A stretch of DNA of 64,000 nucleotides from a virus (taxonomy: Duplodnaviria > Caudoviricetes): positions 32,001 to 96,000 of the IMG/VR virus record IMGVR_UViG_2510065010_000001; one strand, 5' to 3'. Position 1 is the stretch's first letter, and every line of letters begins with the position of its first letter. A program made the translations under genes and the position numbers. Under the pieces are notes generated by a model. It did no database searches. It was not told the origin of the DNA and saw nothing but the letters and a program-made list of their open reading frames with translations. Of this stretch, positions 38,670-48,122 are shown one piece after another.

Positions 38670-39545
38670 TTACAATTTTCCTTCGTATTCTTCTATTGTT
38701 ACACTGTTCAGGTATTTTATTTCTTTTTTTAGTTCTTTTACACGTTCATAATTTGGATTTATTTTTGATTCTAGTTTTGTTAGTTCTTCGTTGAGCTTGT
38801 TTAATTTACTTTCACGAAGTTCTTTTGTCGTAAGGGGTTTTATAACTGCACTACCTTCGTTTCGCTTGTATAACGTTCTAGTAGGCTTAAACGTCCTCGG
38901 CACTTCTTTTATGTAGTTATAAATGGATATTGACCTCCAGCCTTGGTTTTCTGTTTCTATTTGTATGTGTGGAGTTGTTTTATTTTCTCCTGTTCCAACT
39001 AAGATTCTGGCGTTTGTTATAACACCTCCAAATTTTTTGTTAGACCAAGAAGCTGCGTTTACTAACATACAAGTTAAAACTTTGTCTTTTTCTTCTAGTC
39101 TTATTTTACTACCTGGTTTTTTACCAACACACTTACTAAATATCCATCTGTAATGCGTTTTTATTTCTTCCATACTTCTAAAATCGTAGCCATTAATTTC
39201 ATACACATAAAATTCTTTGTCTATTTCTGGTTCATAAGTTACAACAATGTCTAATTTACTGCATTCTGGCTTTATCACGTCTTCTACTAAATTATTTCTG
39301 CCATATTCTGGCACAATTAAATGGATTCTTTTCTCTTTTTTTGGAAAGCATACTCCATATAGGAGTACTTGTCCTATTGCTTCTTTCCAGCCTTTTAAGA
39401 ATTTAACTTCAATTACTTGCGTTGCTGTTAGGATGTCTATCCTTCCAAACTTAGTTTGTACCTCTTTTTCAGCACCCATTATTGATTCAACCAACTTGTC
39501 TCTGTAGAAGCACTCTAACGCTTTGTTGTTTGTTATTTTTGTCAT
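38670..39545 (-). CDS. PD-(D/E)xK nuclease-like domain plus divergent DCL-like domain
   Basis: GRIDILT...IEVK..WKEAIGQ; central region weakly resembles the DUF3223 part of 24573..25313. Confidence 0.65.
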   Translation of the reverse strand: MTKITNNKALECFYRDKLVESIMGAEKEVQTKFGRIDILTATQVIEVKFLKGWKEAIGQVLLYGVCFPKKEKRIHLIVPEYGRNNLVEDVIKPECSKLDIVVTYEPEIDKEFYVYEINGYDFRSMEEIKTHYRWIFSKCVGKKPGSKIRLEEKDKVLTCMLVNAASWSNKKFGGVITNARILVGTGENKTTPHIQIETENQGWRSISIYNYIKEVPRTFKPTRTLYKRNEGSAVIKPLTTKELRESKLNKLNEELTKLESKINPNYERVKELKKEIKYLNSVTIEEYEGKL

Positions 39546-39686
39546 CTTATTTCTACGCCTTTTTTTAATTTTTTTGTTTTTACCGTTTTAATCTCTAAAT
39601 TTTAACTAACTAGAATAACAAGGTTTACAAGCATCATTAATGTTGTTTGAAGTTTAGCCTGCTTGCGTTTGAGAGTCTCAAGAACT

Positions 39687-40508
39687 TTAAGAATTGAATC
39701 CAGTTCTACTGATCATTTTCTGAACCTGTTCCCCGACGTTAATGGTTTTAATAACAACATCAGGATTCTTCACACGATATACCCTGAAGATTTCATCAGC
39801 AAATGAATGTCCGATAGAATCTACTGCGTGGAAATCTAGAACAATCTCTTTGAATGCTGACAACCTGTTTAATAATCTTTTTGCTTGAGAGCGACTCACT
39901 AGGTTCTCGTCGCTGCCATATCGAACCAGGTATACAGGAATTAACGTTCGATCGAAATAATACTCAATGTCAAGTGTGTAGCAGTCAAACACTTCATGCG
40001 TCCGTCGCGTCGTGTTGTCTGAAAGTTTCATAACAACACACGTGCCTTCAGTGAGTTCTTGTTCTTCCACAACCCAATCGTTTGGTTGGTCAAACCTGTG
40101 AGAGAACAACAAGTTCCCAGATCTAATTGTGAACTCGTCGAACATTCGTGAAGTGAAGAATATCCCTTGACCAGTATGCTCTTCCGGGCTGGTTGTAAAC
40201 TTTCCTTTTACTAGCTCAAGTACAGCTAGCATTTCATTCCATAGCCCCGCCGCTTCTTGAACTTTCTTGAAAATCCCTACACCATCATCTTTAATCTCTA
40301 TCTCTGTCACTCCGGCATCTCTGGAAAGACTGATTGTTAAAACACGCCCCTCTGAATGGTCAATGCAGTTATTAACCATCTCTGCAAACCCGTAGCTCCA
40401 GAACTCTAAGACCGTTCTTGCCAGGTCTTGGAATAAAGGTTGGAAGTCGCGGCTCCACACTTCTTCTTCTGAGATGTCTGATAGGTTATACGTTTTGGTT
40501 AACTTCAT
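39687..40508 (-). CDS. HATPase + STAS-like (DUF4325) protein
   Basis: EMVNNCIDHS, DDGVGI, GQGIFFTSR, SRSQAKR, SFADEIFR. Confidence 0.88.
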   Translation of the reverse strand: MKLTKTYNLSDISEEEVWSRDFQPLFQDLARTVLEFWSYGFAEMVNNCIDHSEGRVLTISLSRDAGVTEIEIKDDGVGIFKKVQEAAGLWNEMLAVLELVKGKFTTSPEEHTGQGIFFTSRMFDEFTIRSGNLLFSHRFDQPNDWVVEEQELTEGTCVVMKLSDNTTRRTHEVFDCYTLDIEYYFDRTLIPVYLVRYGSDENLVSRSQAKRLLNRLSAFKEIVLDFHAVDSIGHSFADEIFRVYRVKNPDVVIKTINVGEQVQKMISRTGFNS

Positions 40509-40643
40509 TCTTTAATCACTACTTTTGCTAGAACCGCCTGCGTTGCATCTTTTCGATCAGTTTACTAATAACATTACTCAGTTTAACGTAATCGCTGTAG
40601 GACACATGCGGTTTTACTAAGGACAACGCTGCATCAGTGTTTA

Positions 40644-41605
40644 CCGCTAATTAAAACCTGATGAAATCTGTAATTTCTACAGAAATCTAGGCTTTCGCAA
40701 TCGTAGCGGTACGATTACTGCACCGTGGGTTCGCACCACGCTTAGAAGTGCTTTTACGCTTGCTCTGCACTCTGCCAGAAGGTTCGGCACAAAGCATGGC
40801 CTCTAATTGGCTGTTAGCCAGTGTAAAATACTGATGCCGTCTGATAGGCTTCAGCTTGTTATGTAGCGTGTACCATGCTGACCATACGTGCTTTGCCGAC
40901 TTCACATCAGCATAGGCGTTGCGGTTAGGTACACGCTCTGACAATCTCATGGCTCTACGCGCTAGAACCATTGCAGCAGCGGTATCCAAAGATAGGCCGT
41001 ACTGTCTCATAAATTTCACTAATCCAATCGTTGAACTATAGGCAGGATTGACTTTAATCAATTCAATTCCTGCCAGTTCACATTTCTGCTCCAGCAACGT
41101 GGTGAACTTGCCATAAATAAAACCTGAGAGCATCCTCGCATACCGCCTACCTTGCTCTCTCATCTGTGACTTCTTACTCTGGAAGTCCAGATTTTCAATC
41201 ACAATTGGGCACCGAAAGGTTTGAGCCAGTGTTACCAGTTGCTTCGTCACATCATGCAACGTGGCGGCAATCTGACCAGATCGACGGCTATGCAAGTTGA
41301 TTTTGAACTGGCCGTGATGCTTCAGGTTGCCGTCTCGATCCACGTATGTCCAACCGATGACACCTGGGTTAATATCCACTCCCAAGCAACCATACTGTTT
41401 TGGCAAGCTCTTACGGTCTGGAACTAATTCCCCGGTCTGCTCCCACTTGCGGAGAGTCTCTATTGAAACCCCTAGCAAGTCTGCTGCTACCCCTATCTTG
41501 ATAAATCTGCTTTTAGGAGAATGCACCGCTAACTTGTACTTTAGACTGCATGTAATGTTCAAGCATCTCAATCCTACGGATATTGATCGCAGCATACCTA
41601 CGTTG
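40644..41605 (-). mobile_element. Internally deleted IS607-family element
   Basis: MerR-type HTH of serine transposase (IGVAADLLGVSIETLRKWE) fused in frame to TnpB RuvC half (GVDINP, IENL, VNPAYSS); ends approximate. Confidence 0.8.
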
Positions 41606-41629
41606 GAAACTGCTGAGGCGTTTATTAAT

Positions 41630-41735
41630 GCTGAAGAGGAAGAGAGTAGGGAAGAGTGCACGGCGTAGGTAAGAGTGGGAAGAGTGGGAAGAGCGGGAAG
41701 AGCAGATTGGATTGGGAAGAGTGCACGGCGTAAAC
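41630..41735 (+). repeat. Purine-rich GGGAAGAG(T) repeat cluster
   Basis: gggaagagtgcacggcgta twice plus 9-bp tandem units. Confidence 0.8.
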
Positions 41736-42055
41736 ACCCTTGAAATGAAGCGTGGGAAGGGTTAAGTTTACATTCTGATGAGAGGATTAAATAGACGGCT
41801 ATTACAGGGTTAAAAGTGAGCACATAATCAACGTAGAATGTGCTAGTAAAAAAATTGCCGATCGCACTCTTCCCATATAGCGCGCCCACCCCCAAACTCT
41901 TTACAATACTCACTCCCGAATTTTCACACCCCCTCTAAAATGCAAACCTCAGCCATTCTCCATCGGATGAGGTTTGCATATGAACCTGCCAAATGCTTTC
42001 CCGGCTGTAGGCAGGTTCTACTTTTTGGGTATAAAACTAATATGCTTGTATTACC

Positions 42056-42152
42056 CAACGAGTTTATTGGGTTTCAGCCGCCTATTCCTTAAAAGTTGTA
42101 TTGGGATTGTACAGGTGTTCTATTAAGTCAACGAGTTTATTGGGTTTCAGCC
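42056..42152 (+). repeat. 24-bp direct repeat pair, 73-bp period
   Basis: caacgagtttattgggtttcagcc at 42056 and 42129. Confidence 0.9.
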
Positions 42153-42155
42153 TTT

Positions 42156-42293
42156 CTAGTGCATCCTTCCCTTCCTGTTTCCTAGTCTAAACTCTTCGCA
42201 TTCTGCACACATACCAACAATAAACTCGTTATCTTTTAGAGGACAGCCGCATATGCGACATACCGATTTGGATGGGTTTATTAGTCTTCTCAT
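42156..42293 (-). CDS. 45-aa zinc-finger protein, not in ORF track
   Basis: MRRLINPSKSVCRICGCPLKDNEFIVGMCAECEEF..; two CxxC pairs. Confidence 0.65.
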   Translation of the reverse strand: MRRLINPSKSVCRICGCPLKDNEFIVGMCAECEEFRLGNRKGRMH

Positions 42294-42419
42294 TTAGTTT
42301 TTATAAAAATTTAAAAAACACACGTACAAGCAGTGCGTGTGTTTCCAAAATGGATATTGCGTTTGTGTTTTAAAGAAGCTTTCTATAAAGCATCACCTGT
42401 ACTTAGGCGCGATCGCCAC

Positions 42420-42629
42420 TCAATTCAACTCTGCCGCGTGTACCTGTTTAGCTTCTGCAGCTACGGACTGTACCTTTTTCAGAGTATTAATGCATTGTTC
42501 CAACTCTGCGTAGGTTAACCCATGTAGCAGGATGTGTTCTTCATCCACAGTTACCCGCAGACCCATCACACAGTCTACAGCTTCATCGCAAAGGTTAATA
42601 ATTTCTTGAAATCCACTTACAGCATCCAT
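42420..42629 (-). CDS. Hypothetical protein
   Basis: 69-aa ORF. Confidence 0.55.
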   Translation of the reverse strand: MDAVSGFQEIINLCDEAVDCVMGLRVTVDEEHILLHGLTYAELEQCINTLKKVQSVAAEAKQVHAAELN

Positions 42630-42760
42630 ACACCAAATTTTTAATAAACAACAGTAAAGTAGCCACGGGTTAAATGAAAATATGTACCCGTGGCTTTATT
42701 CTCGTCAACTGCGTCCTCACCAGTGTCAGCCTCGCTCCAGATCTGCGCCAAATAGTTTAC

Positions 42761-42821
42761 AGATAAGGAGGGCTGGGGAACCGGATAAAGCCCACTGGCT
42801 TCAGCCGTGGGAGTGGATCAA
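42761..42821 (+). mobile_element. 61-bp miniature IS200/IS605 derivative
   Basis: Follows TTAC, single hairpin cccactggcttcagccgtggg, ends TCAA; shares GGAGGGCTGGGG with the left end at ~15260. Confidence 0.7.
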
Positions 42822-43095
42822 TGGTATAACCTCTTGGGGTTTTGACGTATGTCAAATTAGCTTTCCTCCAACCAAATTACTCCAATATCCAACCATTCGT
42901 TGTCCAGTAATATTTGCCGTTGGCAGACCAGCTTTCCAGTTGGTTCTCCATCACACATTTCTGGTTCTCGAATGATTCGAGTTCTGTATCGTTCTAACAC
43001 GGTCATGGGTTAAACTCCTACAGTTTGACTGTATTGCTTTAACAAACCTTGCACCCGTTGCACTTTCTTGAACAACTCTGCCCGGTAGTTTCGAC

Positions 43096-43425
43096 TTAGT
43101 GTATCGGCTTCCAAACATCTGGAGTACCTAGAATTTCACTTTTGTTACTGTACCACTCACCTTTTATGAAGTAGCCATATTCGGTCCGGTCTTCCAGCAG
43201 CCAATGCATGTGAATTCCAACAAACTCAACCGGGTTAATCCCACTGATCCAGGCGTTCTCATACTTTGCGATCGCTATGATTGCATAAATAAGAGAAGTC
43301 TTGTTAAGACCACTTGGTAAGTTAATAACTACACTACGGTCTTCTTTCTTCTCGGCTTCTGGTCTTTCTAGCACTAGAACTGTGTCGCCGCCGTAGATGT
43401 TTCTGTTGACTTTAATTCTGTTCAT
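43096..43425 (-). CDS. Hypothetical protein
   Basis: 109-aa ORF. Confidence 0.6.
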   Translation of the reverse strand: MNRIKVNRNIYGGDTVLVLERPEAEKKEDRSVVINLPSGLNKTSLIYAIIAIAKYENAWISGINPVEFVGIHMHWLLEDRTEYGYFIKGEWYSNKSEILGTPDVWKPIH

Positions 43426-43716
43426 TGCTTTCCAAAATTAAACTATACTGTCACAGCTTTAATAAATATTTTTCTCTCGACTGTCAGACCAAATTAAATA
43501 TAGCTGTAAACCATAAGAAAACAAGCGGTGCAATCTCCTAAAGGAAACTACACCGCTGCTGCACTTATCACAAGGAACCCAAACTTAACTTTTCAAGCCT
43601 GTCTCATTCAGTTTGCGTAGGCTAACCCGCAAAGACTACCTGGCTAAGTTAATAAATTAATTAACCAGGTAGTTTCGACTAATCAACTAGGAAACACACG
43701 ACCGACCACCTACAGC

Positions 43717-43974
43717 TTACTTCCTGCGACCAGGAGTATAAATAGGTTCGCCATGAGAATTTTCACTAGAATCTAGAGTTTCGACAGCTTTTGCCAAACA
43801 GCGCCTTTGGCCAGCACCCGTGGACGCGGAACCCAAGCAAGATAATTGACCGTTCGCTTCAGCAGGAGTAATAAACCCTACTAAACCAACAACAAAAGAA
43901 ATGCTCAGCGCAGCTAAAATATTCCAAACAGCAAACTTTAACACGTAACCATCAACAGTGTGATTCTGACGCAT
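43717..43974 (-). CDS. Small membrane/exported protein
   Basis: Hydrophobic helix; RBS GGAGG upstream. Confidence 0.6.
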   Translation of the reverse strand: MRQNHTVDGYVLKFAVWNILAALSISFVVGLVGFITPAEANGQLSCLGSASTGAGQRRCLAKAVETLDSSENSHGEPIYTPGRRK

Positions 43975-44082
43975 AACCTAATCCTCCAAGTCGTTTAGAT
44001 AAACAAAAAACCCTCCAATTAACCCGAAAGTTAATAAGAAGGTTTGTTGTGCATCTAAACTAAAATGCGCCGGAACTACATC

Positions 44083-44108
44083 TATATATATATATATATA
44101 TATATATA
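44083..44108. repeat. (TA)13 microsatellite
   Basis: Read directly; flanked by atc..gat, forming a palindrome. Confidence 0.9.
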
Positions 44109-44137
44109 GATATAAATGAGTCCGACGCACTATTAGC

Positions 44138-44806
44138 TTACTTACGACCACCCAAAGAAGCAGGGATTGCAACCGGGCGGCGAGTCACAGGAGCAGAAGC
44201 AACAGCTTGAACTTCAGTACTTCCAGAGAAAGGTGTCTCGCGACGGGTAACATTACCCTTCTTGAGTTCACCAACTGGAGCAACAAAGCTAGCACCGTTA
44301 CCCATCCAGAAGTTGTCGATTGCATAGCTCTCCCAAAGAGAACCATTAATCTCAACATCTTCTTCCTGCATCAGGTCAAACACGATGAACGAGTCAGCTT
44401 GAGGCAGCGCAGGAGACAAGAAGTATGCACCAGAACCAGTGGTTAGTACAACTTCCCCGCTTTTGAACTCTTGACCAATCATGCGGGTAGCATAGTTAGA
44501 CAAAGACTTCCAAATGCCAGCTTCAAAATCAGACTCGCGGATATTGATTGCAGCTTTAGCATGTTTGTGATTGCCGTTCTCATACGCCATACCAAGAGCA
44601 TGGAATAAGTCGATACGAACAGACACTTGGATACTGCCATCATCTTGATGAACAGCACCACGAACAGCCAAAGCACAACGCTCCCGAACAACTCCATCCT
44701 TACCAGTCTCTTTATACATCAAAGACTGCAAAGAAATAGGCGTAATACCATCCTTAAAGGAAGGAGCAGCATTCAGTTCAGCGTTGTAAATAGCAATAGT
44801 CGTCAT
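44138..44806 (-). CDS. Hypothetical early protein (possible ssDNA-binding protein)
   Basis: RBS AGGAG; beta-rich core with low-complexity tail; downstream of helicase. Confidence 0.6.
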   Translation of the reverse strand: MTTIAIYNAELNAAPSFKDGITPISLQSLMYKETGKDGVVRERCALAVRGAVHQDDGSIQVSVRIDLFHALGMAYENGNHKHAKAAINIRESDFEAGIWKSLSNYATRMIGQEFKSGEVVLTTGSGAYFLSPALPQADSFIVFDLMQEEDVEINGSLWESYAIDNFWMGNGASFVAPVGELKKGNVTRRETPFSGSTEVQAVASAPVTRRPVAIPASLGGRK

Positions 44807-44993
44807 GGTCAATTTCTCCTAAAAGTTTAATATGGTGGCTTCATACCGCGAAGCGCTCCACCCCCGGTTAATACCCGCATTCCATGTATTCAGGTATTCC
44901 AAGAGATTCACGCACACAGGCGAAGCCTCCACCCCCGGCTTATACCGGGGTAGAGTATGGGACTGAGAATAAGAATTTTAATAACTGTCAGAA

Positions 44994-46871
44994 CTACGCG
45001 GCAACTTTTAAGTCATCTGGTGTAAACCAAACAAACTGAACGTTGTCTTTGATCCAAGTGAAGGCTTCATCATCGTTGAGTAGTAACTCACCCATTGCAG
45101 CCCTGTCCTTTACACACATCCCAATGATGTTATCCATCTGATAGATAACACACGTTTCGGATTCAGATAAAACGCTGGCTTTAGGATTCGCTACGTATTC
45201 AACTTCCATAAGTAAATGGTCACGCACCCAAACTTTGCTGTCGCCAGCGTCAGACCAAACGGCTGGGTAAACCTTTTGCCCCAAGGCTCTAAACATCCCT
45301 ATTTCAGCTTTGGTAATAAATTGCTTCACTCGATGTTCGCAATGCACCACTTTATTAAGGATGTTTGGTTTGTTGCACAGGATATGCAAATATTCCGGGT
45401 TTGTCACCCGACTGCACACAACATACAACAACCCGTGAGTTTTTCTCCCACTATTCAGGTGATACACCAGCGGTTCGTTGATTGTTAACCCTTGGCACTT
45501 CCAAGGAGTCATTGAATGACACAGTACGCCGGGTAAAGCCCTGAATTTACCAATGGGTTTACCCTTTTTCCCAACAGGAAGAGGAACATCAACAGGGCTA
45601 ATCCAGTGAAGTTCACCATCTGGTAACTCAATCTGAATACGTGTCGGTTCAAGCTTCTTGATTATTCCAACTGTTCCGTTAACCAGCTTCTCGCTGATGT
45701 TCACTCGAACCATGAACTTTAACCCAGTTGCCAGAGTCATCTCTTCACTTAAAGGAGCCACTTCTTTGAGAATTCGTGCTCTCAAAGATTTAAGAGACTC
45801 ATTATCTGAAGTCGCCATCCCCATATCAGCAGTGTAAGTTCTGATCGTCTCACCCCGCTGCTTCGCAGCTTGAAGAACAACTTTGTTGTGGTCTGCTACT
45901 TCTTTATTAGTATTGAACAAGTGGATCGCATCATCTAATGATGCCAAGTCCAAACGTTCGTTACTTCTAAAGTTAATAAAGTCGTCACCTCTTTGGGTCC
46001 AGACTCGACTTAGTAACCGAGATACTTTTGGGTGATTAAAGTTGTTACCGTCACCCATCTCGTTTAGAGCTTCCACAAACCAACCATCACTACTTTTCTG
46101 ACGATGATTAGTAACGAGCGAAATTGCAGTTGCTCTCCAAGGTTGCTCATACTTTCTACGCTCTAATTCAAATGGTCCTTCACCGTCTACTAGCATAGAG
46201 CCGTATAGTCGAACATCATCTTTGTGAGAGCCAGCTTGGTGAAACTTAGCCTGCTCAAATGCCAAACTGTTAAAAACCTGCCAGGGAAGATTTTCTTGTT
46301 TGTCAATGATTAACAACTGACGGAAGTCACCAGTCAGGACAAATCGAACCCGACGGTTTGGACAGCATCGTTTAATAACTTGGTAAGTAAGTACCAAGTC
46401 CTCAGATGAAACCATTGACATTTCATCAATGAACACAACTAAGTCGCATTTCTCACGAGGATCAAAGTTAGCTGCAACATCTTCGGCTCTAGCGATCGTG
46501 CTGACACGAATCCAATGGTCACTGCAGAAATCGCGCATTCCAGCAGGAAGTGTAGACCCACCTGCACGTAATCCTGCAAACTTATTAAGTGTGCCTTCAC
46601 CTTGAGCGTTTCTGGCAGCAACACCTGTGGATGCACACACACGTACTTCATGTCCCTGCATTTTGAGCAAAGTTCTAGCTGCATTAATGATGAAAGTCTT
46701 TCCACTTCCACCTCTTCCTAACAACGCAATGCAATCATATACACCTGACCCAATTGTTGACATAGCTACTAATTGGTCGTCACTCATCGTTTCCCAGTAA
46801 GGCAAATCTTGAATTGCCTCGTTTTGATTAGATAACCAGGCTTTTGCAGCTAGCAAATCCATCTCTTTCAT
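44994..46871 (-). CDS. Pif1/RecD-like SF1B helicase
   Basis: GRGGSGKT, ASTGVAA, DEMSMV, GDFRQL, LVNGTVG, KCQGLTI, LYVVCSRV. Confidence 0.92.
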   Translation of the reverse strand: MKEMDLLAAKAWLSNQNEAIQDLPYWETMSDDQLVAMSTIGSGVYDCIALLGRGGSGKTFIINAARTLLKMQGHEVRVCASTGVAARNAQGEGTLNKFAGLRAGGSTLPAGMRDFCSDHWIRVSTIARAEDVAANFDPREKCDLVVFIDEMSMVSSEDLVLTYQVIKRCCPNRRVRFVLTGDFRQLLIIDKQENLPWQVFNSLAFEQAKFHQAGSHKDDVRLYGSMLVDGEGPFELERRKYEQPWRATAISLVTNHRQKSSDGWFVEALNEMGDGNNFNHPKVSRLLSRVWTQRGDDFINFRSNERLDLASLDDAIHLFNTNKEVADHNKVVLQAAKQRGETIRTYTADMGMATSDNESLKSLRARILKEVAPLSEEMTLATGLKFMVRVNISEKLVNGTVGIIKKLEPTRIQIELPDGELHWISPVDVPLPVGKKGKPIGKFRALPGVLCHSMTPWKCQGLTINEPLVYHLNSGRKTHGLLYVVCSRVTNPEYLHILCNKPNILNKVVHCEHRVKQFITKAEIGMFRALGQKVYPAVWSDAGDSKVWVRDHLLMEVEYVANPKASVLSESETCVIYQMDNIIGMCVKDRAAMGELLLNDDEAFTWIKDNVQFVWFTPDDLKVAA

Positions 46872-46940
46872 ATGTCCCCCTTAAGACTTGAATCGTTCAA
46901 AAGTAAACAAACAGGGGAGGAGTTACCCTCCCCTACCGAG

Positions 46941-48041
46941 CTAAAACAAATCAAGGTCAATCTCTACAACCTCTCCTTGTATCGCTACTGCAATCGTTTT
47001 GCAGAACTCCCAGCATTGAGCAACTGTGATTGATTTCTCAACCAAGCTCAAAGATGGGTTTATGGTTGTTAGCCAACTTACGAAGTTGTCAACCATCGAC
47101 TTGTGTGTGTCTTCTCCAGCAACATCAAACTGCCCTTTGGATATTAGTGCTGCCATCTCTGCAGTCAACTTAATAAAATCTTCCGGGCTTTCATAGAAGT
47201 CAGTCACTTCTCCAGACTTTGAGATGTTCCTACAGGCTGCAACTTCCTTAGCTGCTGAATAAATATCCAGTGCACAAGCACCGTTCATATCAGCAGCGTT
47301 CAGTTCTTTCTCAAACTTTGCTATCACTTCTGGGTTCGTTGTACCCAGATCCATACCCTGGATTACTGGAATCAACGTACCAAAAATGACATCGTATGCT
47401 TCCCAGCTTAGACCTCCTAGAGGTACTTCGTAAATCTCAGCAAGGATCAGGACTAAAGATTTGTTCTTTGTGAACTCTGGAGGAGTCCAATCTGGGAACA
47501 GTTTCTTTAGGTCGTCTTGCAAAGACCAGACAAGGCTCAAGTACAGATCAGCTGTTAAGAACAATCTATGCACCCAACCAACAGCCTCTTGAAACATCAA
47601 GGTGCTTCCTTCCAGCATCCCAGGCAAGCTCTTTCGAGTTTGCTTGTCTCGTAAATCAGTCGAGCATAAGTCAATGCTGAGATTCTTTGCACCCAAACCA
47701 CGTTTCTTGGCTACTGCCTTTTCAGAAGGTACGTTGTAGTGGTCACCCCAATAGGCACCACCTGGTACTAGTTGATCTGAACCTGTCCTTTTAACTACGT
47801 TACTAACAACATCATCAAATGTCGTTAACTCTAAGTTGGAGTCTCCTGCATCGCAGAATACTCTGTTATCACCATCACAGTCACCCGCATCACGTACATT
47901 ACCGATCGGGCTAATGTACGCAGTATCTTCTTCAAACCAATCTGCAAGAGGATGATCATCGTAAATGACACGAACCTTCATAATAGAAGGTGTTGTCATG
48001 GGAGCACGACTCATCATTACTTTCTTTCCGTCTAAACTCAT
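46941..48041 (-). CDS. Two-barrel RNA polymerase, catalytic (beta'-like C-terminal) chain
   Basis: VMMSRAP (cf. beta' VLLNRAP) and AGDCDGD (cf. NADFDGD); RBS GGAGGACAT before ATG 48041. Confidence 0.8.
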   Translation of the reverse strand: MSLDGKKVMMSRAPMTTPSIMKVRVIYDDHPLADWFEEDTAYISPIGNVRDAGDCDGDNRVFCDAGDSNLELTTFDDVVSNVVKRTGSDQLVPGGAYWGDHYNVPSEKAVAKKRGLGAKNLSIDLCSTDLRDKQTRKSLPGMLEGSTLMFQEAVGWVHRLFLTADLYLSLVWSLQDDLKKLFPDWTPPEFTKNKSLVLILAEIYEVPLGGLSWEAYDVIFGTLIPVIQGMDLGTTNPEVIAKFEKELNAADMNGACALDIYSAAKEVAACRNISKSGEVTDFYESPEDFIKLTAEMAALISKGQFDVAGEDTHKSMVDNFVSWLTTINPSLSLVEKSITVAQCWEFCKTIAVAIQGEVVEIDLDLF

Positions 48042-48122
48042 ATGTCCTCCAAGAAAATGAGTAAGCGGAGCCAAACTGACTCCGCTCGGTGTACGACGTG
48101 ATATTGGTCATTGAACTGTTAC

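Noticed and set aside
40687-41913. 408-aa ORF as one protein
   Set aside because: N-terminal third reads through low-complexity repeats; the rest is a deletion fusion of IS607 transposase and TnpB
42056-42152. CRISPR array
   Set aside because: Only two repeats, no canonical GTTT/GAAAC ends, no cas genes; kept only as a repeat pair
48042-48122. Intron, frameshift or error between the RNAP halves
   Set aside because: Clean stop, spacer hairpin and a strong RBS matching that of the upstream gene indicate two real genes
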